64,000 bases of DNA. It comes from an uncultured Gemmatimonadales bacterium. GTDB lineage: Bacteria; Gemmatimonadota; Gemmatimonadetes; Gemmatimonadales; GWC2-71-9. Within the stretch, counting starts at the first letter, position 1. Each line of letters opens with the position of its first letter. A program made the translations under genes and the position numbers. The stretch is from NCBI GenBank assembly GCA_963695555.1, contig CAVOGR010000007.1:1-64000 (forward strand), written 5' to 3'. The notes under the pieces were generated by a model. It was not told the DNA's origin. It did not search any database and was given only the letters and a program-made list of their open reading frames with translations. Below are positions 11,056 to 20,133 of the stretch, piece after piece.

Positions 11056-12021
11056 ATGATCCGATTTCTCGTCCGGCGTCTCTCGATGGGTGCTGCCGTT
11101 GTCTTCGGCGTTGTCACGCTCACCTTTCTCCTGCTCCACATCGCGCCAGGCGATCCGGTCGAACGGTTGATTGGGCCTGCCGCCACCTCGGCTCAGATCG
11201 ACGCGCAACGACGGGCCCTCGACCTGGATCGTCCCCTGATCGCCCAGTACGCTTCCTGGGTAGGCCGGTTCACGGTTGGTGATTGGGGAACCAGCATTGC
11301 ACGGGGCCGGCCGGTACGCCAAGTCATCGCCCGCGCATGGCCTGCGACCGTCATTCTCGTGGGCCTCTCCCTGAGCTTGAGTTATGTCATCGGCATCTTC
11401 GTCGGCGCCGTCCAGGCCAACGCGAGGGGAACCCGCCTCGACACGACGATCTCGGTCACCACCGTTGCCGTCTACGCACTGCCGGGATACTGGCTCGGCC
11501 TGATGCTGGTCATGGTCTTCACCTACTGGCTGCGGATCCTGCCGGCCTTCGGTGCGGCTGGATTGGACGCCGACTTCGTGACCGGCTGGCCGTGGGTGCT
11601 GGATCGGCTCCGGCATCTCGCCCTCCCGGTCGCGACGCTGACCCTGATCGGGATCGGAGGGGCGGCCCGCTTCGTCCGCGGCTCCATGGTGGACGTATTG
11701 TCCCAACCGTACGTGGTTGTCGCGCGCGCGAAAGGACTTGCCGCATCGCGCGTCACGTTTCATCACGTGCTTCGCAACGCCCTCGTTCCCCTGGTAACCC
11801 TGCTCGGCCTTTCCATTCCCGCCCTGTTCTCCGGCGCCGTCTTCGTCGAGGCCGTCTTCGCCTGGCCGGGTGTCGGACGAGTCCTGGTGGAGGCCGTCCA
11901 GGCACGGGACTACCCCGTGGTCATGGCGGCGACGGCCGTCAGCGCCATTCTGGTGGTGCTTGGAAACCTCGCGGCCGATGTGCTGATGACCTGGGTGGAC
12001 CCTCGGGTGAGGCACGCATGA
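11056..12021 (+). CDS. ABC transporter permease (DppB/OppB-like)
   Basis: APGDP, GDWGTSI, LRHLALP, ARAKGL, HVLRNAL, FAWPGVG, DPRVR. Confidence 0.93.
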   Translation: MIRFLVRRLSMGAAVVFGVVTLTFLLLHIAPGDPVERLIGPAATSAQIDAQRRALDLDRPLIAQYASWVGRFTVGDWGTSIARGRPVRQVIARAWPATVILVGLSLSLSYVIGIFVGAVQANARGTRLDTTISVTTVAVYALPGYWLGLMLVMVFTYWLRILPAFGAAGLDADFVTGWPWVLDRLRHLALPVATLTLIGIGGAARFVRGSMVDVLSQPYVVVARAKGLAASRVTFHHVLRNALVPLVTLLGLSIPALFSGAVFVEAVFAWPGVGRVLVEAVQARDYPVVMAATAVSAILVVLGNLAADVLMTWVDPRVRHA

Positions 12022-12875
12022 ACGGCGCGAGGGGGTGGACCGATCGCCGGGCTGTATTCGGCCTCGGTATCTTCACGGTTCTCGGTGTCCTCGCGCTGTT
12101 TGCCCCGGTGCTCTCCACCGGCGATCCGACCATGCAGGGAGATGTCGTGGCAACACGCTTTCTGCCGCCATTGAGTACCGATCTCCGCGGCGTCTTTCAT
12201 CTGATCGGCACCGATCGGTTCGGCCGGGACGTGTGGACGCGGCTCGTCTACGGCTCGCGCATTTCGCTCACCGTCGGCGCGCTTGCCGTGGCGCTCTCGG
12301 TGGCGATCGGGATCGTGGTCGGCGCCGTTGCCGGGCACTGGCGTGGGCCGATCAGAGCGGCCTTACTCGGCCTCACCGACTTCGCACTCGCCCTGCCTCG
12401 AGTGGTGTTGCTCTTGTTGCTCGCGGCCCTGTGGCAGCCCAGTGCGATCGTGGTCGTGGTCGTCCTCGGGACGACCGGATGGATGCCGATCGCCAGGCTG
12501 GTGTACGGGGAGGTTCGTGGGTTGAGCGCTCGTCCGTTCGTCCAAGCCGCCGAGGCCCTGGGCGTGGGCCGATCGGGCATCCTTTCACGGTACATTCTCC
12601 CAAACGCCCTGACGCCGGTGATTGTGGCCGCGACGCTTGGGTTGGGCAATGCCATCATGCTCGAAGCCGGATTGTCGTTCTTGGGCGTGGGGGTGCAGCC
12701 GCCAACCCCGTCCTGGGGCAACATGATCGCGTCCGGGCGGGATACGCTGGTCAACGCCCCGTGGGTCGCGACCGCGCCCGGGTTGATGCTCGTGCTCGTG
12801 GTGGTCGCCAGTACCCTCTGTGGCGACGCAGCCCAGGATGCGTTGGAACCGGCGAACCTGGGACAACACCGCTGA
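12018..12875 (+). CDS. ABC transporter permease (DppC/OppC-like)
   Basis: GTDRFGRDVWTRLVYGSRISL, AAEALG, ILPNA, EAGLSFLG, PSWGNMI; ATGA overlap with the preceding permease. Confidence 0.93.
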   Translation: MNGARGWTDRRAVFGLGIFTVLGVLALFAPVLSTGDPTMQGDVVATRFLPPLSTDLRGVFHLIGTDRFGRDVWTRLVYGSRISLTVGALAVALSVAIGIVVGAVAGHWRGPIRAALLGLTDFALALPRVVLLLLLAALWQPSAIVVVVVLGTTGWMPIARLVYGEVRGLSARPFVQAAEALGVGRSGILSRYILPNALTPVIVAATLGLGNAIMLEAGLSFLGVGVQPPTPSWGNMIASGRDTLVNAPWVATAPGLMLVLVVVASTLCGDAAQDALEPANLGQHR

Positions 12876-12889
12876 TCGTGTGCCGAGGG

Positions 12890-13324
12890 TCAGCGGTTAT
12901 CGTAGACGTAGCTCTTCATGAGTTCGATCGTGCTCTCCTGATCCCTTACCCGGTAGGCCAGCATGTCGCCGCTGGTCACGATCCCGATCACCTCGTCACC
13001 CTGCACCACCGGCATATGCCGGATCCGTCGCTCGGTCATCACCCTCATGCATTCGTCGTGCGTGGTGTCGACCGGGCAACAGGTGACAGGCGAGGTCATG
13101 ACGTCCCGAATCGCGGTCGTTGCGGGGTCGCGGCGTTCGGCTACAACCCGGCGGAGAATGTCGCGTTCGGTGAAGATGCCCACCATGGCCCTGCCGTCCA
13201 TCACGACGACACCGCCAATCCCACGTTCGTTCATCAGCCGGGCCGCGTTCACTACTGACTCATCGGCAACCATCGATACCACGTCACTGCCTTTGTGACG
13301 GAGGATGTCTTGGACAGTCGACAT
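12890..13324 (-). CDS. CBS-domain protein
   Basis: MSTVQDILRHKG, VGIFTERDILRRV, RRIRHMPV, GIVTSGD; GAGG upstream of ATG 13324. Confidence 0.92.
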   Translation of the reverse strand: MSTVQDILRHKGSDVVSMVADESVVNAARLMNERGIGGVVVMDGRAMVGIFTERDILRRVVAERRDPATTAIRDVMTSPVTCCPVDTTHDECMRVMTERRIRHMPVVQGDEVIGIVTSGDMLAYRVRDQESTIELMKSYVYDNR

Positions 13325-13442
13325 CGGCACACCTCTCGAGGGGGATGCCTTGCATGGTAAGGAAGAGCGGCCGGACTCGCCAGGGAAACTCCCGGCAGGC
13401 ACCACGTCCCTCACGATGGGGAAGACGGGTGGAAAGTGCTGC

Positions 13443-13467
13443 TAATGTATTGTCCGACAATATATTA
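13443..13467. promoter_or_regulatory. AT-rich palindromic operator, GntR/FadR-like (TTGTC-N-GACAA core)
   Basis: TAATGTATTGTC-C-GACAATATATTA: 12-bp arms with 1 mismatch, in a divergent intergenic region. Confidence 0.6.
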
Positions 13468-13627
13468 CGATTGGTATTCTCCCGAGCTGTGCAGCCAAGA
13501 CCGACAATTCCACGCGGGCTGGGACCCCGTCCACCACTGCTAAACGAGGTTTCGGGCGCGCTTCATGAACTTCTCACGCACTCGTATCGAGACTTCAGCC
13601 CGGCTAACAGGAGAAAGGGTAGTGACG

Positions 13628-15517
13628 ATGAGCGGTGCCATGCAGGACTGGAAGCGGACGCACGCGTCCAAAATCACGACGGTGGAGAAGGCGATCAAAA
13701 TGATCCCGCGCGGGCGGCGGATCCTCATCGGCTCCGGAGCCGCGGAGCCGCACGAGCTGGTCGAGGGACTGGTAGCGCACGGCGGCCATCTCGCAGACAA
13801 CGATATCGTCCATCTCATGACGCTCGGGCCCGCACCCTACGTCCAGCCCGGGATGGAGCATCGGTTTCGTCACACCGCCTTCTTCATCGGGCACAACGTA
13901 CGGGCCGCCGTAGCCGAGGGGCGTGCCGACTTCATGCCCGTATTCCTGTCGGAAATCCCTGCGCTCATCAAGAGCCGACGCGTGCGCATCGACGTGGCGC
14001 TGATCCAGGTGTCGCTCCCCGATCGGCACGGGTACGTGAGTCTGGGCGTCTCCGTGGATATCGTCCGGGCCGCCGTGGAAGCCGCCGATCTGGTCCTGGC
14101 CGAGGTGAACCCCAAGACACCGCGTACCCACGGCGACTCATTCATTCACGTCGACCGGATCGACGCACTGGTCCCGGTTGATTACCACCTTCCCGAGCTG
14201 CCCGCCAAGGCCGCGGACGATGTTTCTACGGAGATCGCTCGCTACGTCGCGAGCCTCATTCCCGACGGAGCGACCCTGCAACTCGGTATCGGAAAGATTC
14301 CCGACGCGGTGCTGGCCGCCCTCTCCAACCACCACGACCTCGGGGTGCATTCAGAGATGTTCTCCGACGGCGTCATGGACCTCGTCGAAGCAGGGGTGAT
14401 TACCGGTCGAAAGAAGACATTGCTCCCGGGCAAAGCGGTAACATCGTTCCTGATGGGAAGCCAGAAGCTCTATGATTGGGTTGATGACAATCCCGTTGTG
14501 GAAATGCGGCCCAGCAATTTCACCAACGACCCGTTCAACGTCGCGCGGAACGACCGCATGATCGCGGTCAATTCCGCACTCGCGGTCGACCTCACGGGCC
14601 AAGTAGCGGCCGATACGCTCATGGGCAACTTCTTCTCGGGCATCGGCGGTCAAGTCGATTTCATACGCGGAGCGGCGCGGAGCCACGGGGGCAAGCCAAT
14701 CATCGCGCTCCCGTCGACGGCCAAGGAGGCCAGCCGGATTCAGCCCGCCCTGGAAGAGGGAGCAGGTGTCGTCACCAGCCGCGGCGACGTCCGGTACGTC
14801 GTGACCGAGTTCGGCATCGCCGACCTCTGGGGCAAGAACATCCGCCAGCGCACCATGGCGCTCATCGAGATCGCGCACCCGGACTTCCGGGCCGAACTCC
14901 TCAATGCGGCCAAGGGACGCCGGTACGTCTTCGCCGACCAGATCGCGTCCGAGACCGTCTACCCGTGGGAAGACGCGCGGACCGTCCAATTGAAGACGGG
15001 TCAGACCATCGAGCTTCGGCCCGCACGCTTGAGCGACGAGGAGGCGTTACAGGACCTCTTCTACCGGCTCTCGGACGAGAGCACCTATCGGCGCTTCATG
15101 GCCTACAAGAACGTGCACTCACACTCGGAAATGCAACGACTCGTCGACTCGGATTACGAGCACAGCATGGCACTCCTGGCCACCCTGCCCGAAGGACCGG
15201 AAGAACAGATCCTCGCCATGGCGCGGTATGACGTCGATCCGGGGACGCGGCTTGCCGATATCGCCTTCGTCGTCCAAGATCAATGGCAGGGATGCGGGCT
15301 CGGAACCCTCTTGATGAAGCGCATGGGTGAGATTGCCAAGGCGCGAGGCGTAGCCGGTTTCACGGCCGACGTGTTCGACAGCAACAAGCCGATGCTCATG
15401 GTCTTCCACAAGAGCGGCCTTCATGTGCGAAGCGAGACCAAAGACAGTACCCGGCACCTCACGCTCTTGTTCGACGAACCGGAGCAAGAGGAAAGCTCCC
15501 GCGTTCGCACTGGTTGA
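13628..15517 (+). CDS. Acetyl-CoA hydrolase/4-hydroxybutyrate CoA-transferase fused to a C-terminal GNAT acetyltransferase
   Basis: DGATLQLGIGKIP, HSEMFSDG, SGIGGQVDFIRGA, VVTEFGIADL; GNAT part LRPARLSD..LSDESTYRRF..QWQGCGLG. AGGAG lies upstream. Confidence 0.9.
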   Translation: MSGAMQDWKRTHASKITTVEKAIKMIPRGRRILIGSGAAEPHELVEGLVAHGGHLADNDIVHLMTLGPAPYVQPGMEHRFRHTAFFIGHNVRAAVAEGRADFMPVFLSEIPALIKSRRVRIDVALIQVSLPDRHGYVSLGVSVDIVRAAVEAADLVLAEVNPKTPRTHGDSFIHVDRIDALVPVDYHLPELPAKAADDVSTEIARYVASLIPDGATLQLGIGKIPDAVLAALSNHHDLGVHSEMFSDGVMDLVEAGVITGRKKTLLPGKAVTSFLMGSQKLYDWVDDNPVVEMRPSNFTNDPFNVARNDRMIAVNSALAVDLTGQVAADTLMGNFFSGIGGQVDFIRGAARSHGGKPIIALPSTAKEASRIQPALEEGAGVVTSRGDVRYVVTEFGIADLWGKNIRQRTMALIEIAHPDFRAELLNAAKGRRYVFADQIASETVYPWEDARTVQLKTGQTIELRPARLSDEEALQDLFYRLSDESTYRRFMAYKNVHSHSEMQRLVDSDYEHSMALLATLPEGPEEQILAMARYDVDPGTRLADIAFVVQDQWQGCGLGTLLMKRMGEIAKARGVAGFTADVFDSNKPMLMVFHKSGLHVRSETKDSTRHLTLLFDEPEQEESSRVRTG

Positions 15518-15571
15518 TCACAGAGGCGCACTAAGCCTGCCTGCTCCACCGCTCGGACGCGGGTCCAGGCA

Positions 15572-17314
15572 CTAGGTGGGGAGATCGTCTCCCGGCTGCC
15601 ACCCGATCTCCTCCAATTGACGAAGCAGGCGCAGGGTCGCGTCACGGTCTCCCTGCACCGGAAGGAGGAGGAGGTCCCCGTCACGGGCCCAAGCCAGCGC
15701 CTCACGCACACCGAGCATCTCCGAATCGGCAACCACTAAACGTTCCCGCGGGGCTCCGAGCTTCACGAACTCATCGACCAGGAGCGCCGGCACCTCGCCC
15801 GGGCCGCGGCCACGCAGGTGCTTGGCCAACTCCTTGATGACGATGCGGTCCGGAGCGGCCGCCCACGCAGCTCGTGCCAGCGCCCGGATGGAGTCGTCAT
15901 CGCGATCACCCGCCTGGCCGATGAGAATGAGGCGCCGCGCCGCGGGCAGTCGGGCGGCCATCTCGACCACGGCGGCAATGCCATGCGGGTTGTGGGCAAA
16001 ATCGAGGATGACCCGGACCCCGCCTAAATCGAACATGTTGAGTCGGCCGGGATTGTCCTCACTCGAGGGCTGAAAGCTGCGGAGCGCGGCAGCCATGACC
16101 TCGAGCGACAGACCCAGGCCGGCCGCCACACCCACCGCCCCGAGCACGTTCGCCACGTTGTACCGGGCAGCCCCGCCGAGCGTGATCGGTATTCGGTCGA
16201 TCCGTTCGACGATCCGCGCCGTGCCCGCCAGGTTGAGCACCACCCCACCGCCTCGAGCGTAGACCGCATCGCCACCACGCGCGACATGCGCCTGCATGAA
16301 GGGAAGCCCCCCATCCAGGGTGAACCAAGTGATCGGCGCTGCAAGCGCCGCGACCGTGGAGCGGAGGGCCGGGTCGTCGGCGTTCAGCACCACCCGCCCG
16401 TGATGATCCACCACGCGGGCGACGACCAGCTTCACTTCAGCCAACGAATGGAGGTCATGGATTCCGAACTCGCCGAGGTGATCCTCGGCAATGTTGGTCA
16501 CGAGGGCGACCTCGGCGCGCCGCACCGCAAGCCCGCGCCGGAGGATCCCGCCGCGCGCCGCTTCCAGTACCGCTCGCTCCACCCGGGTGTCCCGGAGCAT
16601 CATCCGGGCGCCTCCGGGACCGGCCCAATCACCCTGATCGATGGTCTCCCGGCCGACGCGCACACCGTCGGTGCTGGTGATACCTGGCACGTACCCCCCC
16701 GCTTCGATCATGGCGGCAACCAATCGCACCGTCGTGGTCTTGCCGTTACATCCGGTCACCAAGGCCAGGGGAACATCGCGCACTCGTTCCCAAGGGATGG
16801 CATCGACATCGGGCAGATCGGCCGTCGGCCAGGCGATGGACCCGGAGCCCAGGCCGACCGACACTGCATGCTCATCCCATAAGCAGGCGACTCCGTGCGC
16901 GGCGGCGGCTTCTGCGATGGCAGGGAGGCGTGGATTCCTCTCCCGATCGATGGCCTCGCTGAGTCGCCGGGCGGCCTCGGCCACGCTTGGCGGTGTACCT
17001 CCGGTGAGCGTGGCCTCGGCCGCCTCCCAAGCCCATTCATTCACTTCGGTCGCGGCATAGAGCGCATCGATCGGCGCAGTCAGGACGAGGCTAGCGCCGC
17101 CTGGAAACGTCCGGCTGTACTGATGCTCTTGACCCCATCCCACGGCATCGAGGATGCGCCGTGCGGCGTCCCGCCAGGCCTCGACCGCACGCGCCTCTTC
17201 TCCCGGAGGGATGCTCACATCCAGGATCGCTCCGGGCCGGTCGCAGAGGAGATTGGGTCCGGTCAGCCGCCGGGAATCGGTTATCGCCGCCATGCGGGCA
17301 TCGCCCACGTCCAC
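15572..17314 (-). CDS. Cyanophycin-synthetase-like Mur-ligase protein (N-like + M domains, no ATP-grasp)
   Basis: TGCNGKTTT, LEAARGG, TNIAEDHLG, LNADD, PGRLN, LDFAHNP, GDRDD; the N-terminus is collinear with the adjacent CphA N-terminus. Alternative start ATG 17293. Confidence 0.85.
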   Translation of the reverse strand: MDVGDARMAAITDSRRLTGPNLLCDRPGAILDVSIPPGEEARAVEAWRDAARRILDAVGWGQEHQYSRTFPGGASLVLTAPIDALYAATEVNEWAWEAAEATLTGGTPPSVAEAARRLSEAIDRERNPRLPAIAEAAAAHGVACLWDEHAVSVGLGSGSIAWPTADLPDVDAIPWERVRDVPLALVTGCNGKTTTVRLVAAMIEAGGYVPGITSTDGVRVGRETIDQGDWAGPGGARMMLRDTRVERAVLEAARGGILRRGLAVRRAEVALVTNIAEDHLGEFGIHDLHSLAEVKLVVARVVDHHGRVVLNADDPALRSTVAALAAPITWFTLDGGLPFMQAHVARGGDAVYARGGGVVLNLAGTARIVERIDRIPITLGGAARYNVANVLGAVGVAAGLGLSLEVMAAALRSFQPSSEDNPGRLNMFDLGGVRVILDFAHNPHGIAAVVEMAARLPAARRLILIGQAGDRDDDSIRALARAAWAAAPDRIVIKELAKHLRGRGPGEVPALLVDEFVKLGAPRERLVVADSEMLGVREALAWARDGDLLLLPVQGDRDATLRLLRQLEEIGWQPGDDLPT

Positions 17315-17329
17315 GCTCCGAGGTCGGGC

Positions 17330-20116
17330 CTAGTCGTCGTCGCGAGCCAATCGGACACCGCGCTCGTCGCGGACGAGATCTTGGAGGAGCAGATCGCCCT
17401 CCGAGAAACTGGGCAGGTCCGACAAGTCCCGGGCAGCAGACTTCGGCCGGTCGGGAGCCCCGACCTCCGTGGCCGGTTTGAAGTTGATGATTTGCTTCCA
17501 GCCGCGCGTCACGTTGTCGGCGAAGATGAGCAGCAAGTCTCCCGGTCGTGCCATCCGGAGCGCGTGATCGACCGCCGCCGCCTCCTCGGGAACGACATCG
17601 ATCCGCTCGGCGGGTACATCGGCGGCGAGGAGTTCGTCCCTGAGCATGTCCGGGACTTCGGTCGGCTGGCGACCGCGTAAGCCGTCGTCCCGCCGGCAGA
17701 TGTAGTGGTCGAAGTGACCGGCTGTGGTGCGGGCGATGCCGCGGATATCTTCATCCCGCCGGTCGCCGGGGCCGGCCAGCACGCAGATTCGTCGACCCGG
17801 CGGATCGAACCCGTCCACCATCCGGCACATGGCCTTGACCGCCGCCGCATTGTGTCCGTAGTCGAGAATGACCTTGAACGGGTGCTCATCGAAGATGTTG
17901 GTCCGTCCCGGCGCTTGGAAGAAGGTGGTGTCGAAGGTGCGGAGCCCGTGCTGAATGTCTTCCAGCTTGACGCCCATGCTGTAGGCCATGGCCGCGGCGA
18001 ACATGGCATTCTGTACGTTGTGGAGCGCCCGTCCCTCCATCGCGGCAGGGATCAAATGGGTCCACAACAGGGGGATATGCGTGCCACGATCATAGATGGT
18101 GATCATGTGGCCGTTCATTCCCTCCTCCAACACCACTCCTCGACCACCAGCCCGGATGTGCTCGCGCACCAGGGGGTGCAACGGGCTCATGGTCACGTAG
18201 CAAACCGTCTCCGCCTCGGTGTAGTCGGCCATGCGAAGACACAGCGGATCGTCCGCGTTGAGCACGGCGGTGTTCCGCGCCACCTCGATGGGGATGCGCT
18301 TCACCTCGGCAAGCTGCTCGATGGTGTCGATCCCTCGGAGCCCGAGGTGGTCTTCCGCAACATTGAGGCACGCGGCCACGTCGCAATACCGATAGCCCAT
18401 GCCCGCCCGGAGCAGGCCGCCCCGCGCGGTTTCCAACACGGCCAGATCCACGAACGGATCGCTGAGCACCATGCGGGCCGCAATGGGACCAGTCATGTCG
18501 CCCGCCACGGTGCGGATCCCGTCGATGTAGACGCCGTCGGTCGTGGTGAGCCCCACGGTCCGGCCTGCCAGCTTGTGAATGTGGGCCAACATCCGCGCCG
18601 TGGTGGTCTTGCCGTTGGTCCCGGCGATGGCCGCAATGGGCACCTGGCTGGCCGTCCCGGGTGGGAAGAGCATGTCCATGACCGGACCCGCCACATCTCT
18701 CGGCGTCCCCTCGCTCGGCGCCACGTGCATGCGAAAGCCGGGCGCGGCGTTCACCTCGCAGATGCCGCCGCCAATGTCCTTGTACGACCGACTGATGTCC
18801 TCCGTGAGGAAGTCGACGCCGCCCACGTCGAGTCCGATTGCGGTGACCGCGCGCACGGCCATGGCGACGTTGTCGGGGTGGACCGTGTCGGTGACGTCGA
18901 TGGCCGTCCCGCCCGTCGACAGGTTACCGGTGGTCCGCAGGAACACGACCTCGCCCTCGGGTGGCACCGTCGTGCGTGCATAGCCAAGGTTTTTGAGCAA
19001 ACGTTCCGCCTGATAGTCGAACTCGAGCCGCGTCAGGACCTTCTCATGACCGACCCCCCGGCGCGGGTCTCGGTTTACCAGCTCGACCAACTCCTCGATA
19101 GTATGGGTCCCGTCTCCGACGACGTGGCCCGGCACACGTTTGGAGACGGCCACCAGCCGGCCGTTCACGACGAGCATCCGGTGGTCCAGTCCCGTCAGGT
19201 GCTTCTCAACGAGGACCCCACGGCTGTGTTTCCTCGCCTGTGCGAAGGCGAGTCGCACATGTTCCGGGTCCTGGAGGTTGAGGGAGACGCCCCGCCCGTG
19301 ATTGGCATTCAGCGGCTTCACGACAACGGGATACCCGATGCGCTCCGCCTGCACCACCGCTTCTTCTTCGCCATACACCAGCCGCTGCTTCGGAACCGGA
19401 AGGCCCAGGTTCTCGAGAATACGATTCGTCTCGTCCTTGTCCGACGCGATCTCGACGGCGATGTGCGGCGTCCGGGTGGTGACGGTAGCCTGGATCCGCT
19501 GCTGGTAGCGCCCGTGCCCGAACTGGATCAGGCTGTATTCGTTGAGGCGAATCCAGGGAATGCCGCGGTCCTCGGCGGCCTTGACCAACGACGCAGTACT
19601 GGGGCCAAGCGCGCGGCGCTGGGCGAACCGGATGAAGTCTTCCCGCTCGCGCTCCCAATCGTAGCCGGGCGGCACGGCACCGGGCGGCTGCAGCGCCGGC
19701 GGGAGAAGCGAATGCAGCAGCGTGAGCGCAAGACGCCCGGCTTCGAGCCCAACCTCGGCCTGTTCGTATTCATACACCACGTCATAGAACCCGGGCTCAC
19801 CGGTGCCGCGGGTCTTGCCAAAGGTGACGTGCTCCCCCGTCGAGTTTTGGAGTTCGATCGCGACGTGTTCCAGGACGTGGCCTAGCCACGTCCCTTCTTC
19901 TTCGACCATTCGGCGGATGAACCCGCCAGGCTCACCGTACGAACAGCCATGCTCCGCCAGCCCGGGGAGAACCGCCACGAGTCGATCGATGAATTCTTGC
20001 CCAAGCTTACTGGTCGGCCAATTCTCGAGCGGCCCGAGGTCCACAACCAGTCGAATGACGGGGAAGTGAGCATACAGGCTCGGGCCTTGATAGACAGCGC
20101 GTTCAGTGATCCGCAT
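17330..20116 (-). CDS. cphA: Cyanophycin synthetase
   Basis: N domain HGCS..GHVLEH, ALGPST; ATP-grasp VVKPLNANHGRGV, NLSTGG, EVNAAPGFRMH; Mur domain GTNGKTTT, ETARGG, DYGHN; 928 aa. Confidence 0.96.
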   Translation of the reverse strand: MRITERAVYQGPSLYAHFPVIRLVVDLGPLENWPTSKLGQEFIDRLVAVLPGLAEHGCSYGEPGGFIRRMVEEEGTWLGHVLEHVAIELQNSTGEHVTFGKTRGTGEPGFYDVVYEYEQAEVGLEAGRLALTLLHSLLPPALQPPGAVPPGYDWEREREDFIRFAQRRALGPSTASLVKAAEDRGIPWIRLNEYSLIQFGHGRYQQRIQATVTTRTPHIAVEIASDKDETNRILENLGLPVPKQRLVYGEEEAVVQAERIGYPVVVKPLNANHGRGVSLNLQDPEHVRLAFAQARKHSRGVLVEKHLTGLDHRMLVVNGRLVAVSKRVPGHVVGDGTHTIEELVELVNRDPRRGVGHEKVLTRLEFDYQAERLLKNLGYARTTVPPEGEVVFLRTTGNLSTGGTAIDVTDTVHPDNVAMAVRAVTAIGLDVGGVDFLTEDISRSYKDIGGGICEVNAAPGFRMHVAPSEGTPRDVAGPVMDMLFPPGTASQVPIAAIAGTNGKTTTARMLAHIHKLAGRTVGLTTTDGVYIDGIRTVAGDMTGPIAARMVLSDPFVDLAVLETARGGLLRAGMGYRYCDVAACLNVAEDHLGLRGIDTIEQLAEVKRIPIEVARNTAVLNADDPLCLRMADYTEAETVCYVTMSPLHPLVREHIRAGGRGVVLEEGMNGHMITIYDRGTHIPLLWTHLIPAAMEGRALHNVQNAMFAAAMAYSMGVKLEDIQHGLRTFDTTFFQAPGRTNIFDEHPFKVILDYGHNAAAVKAMCRMVDGFDPPGRRICVLAGPGDRRDEDIRGIARTTAGHFDHYICRRDDGLRGRQPTEVPDMLRDELLAADVPAERIDVVPEEAAAVDHALRMARPGDLLLIFADNVTRGWKQIINFKPATEVGAPDRPKSAARDLSDLPSFSEGDLLLQDLVRDERGVRLARDDD

Positions 20117-20133
20117 GGAACCCCAAAGAGGAA

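Noticed and set aside
17705..19885. 726-aa plus-strand ORF antisense to cphA
   Set aside because: Shadow ORF from high-GC codon bias, with no recognisable motifs.
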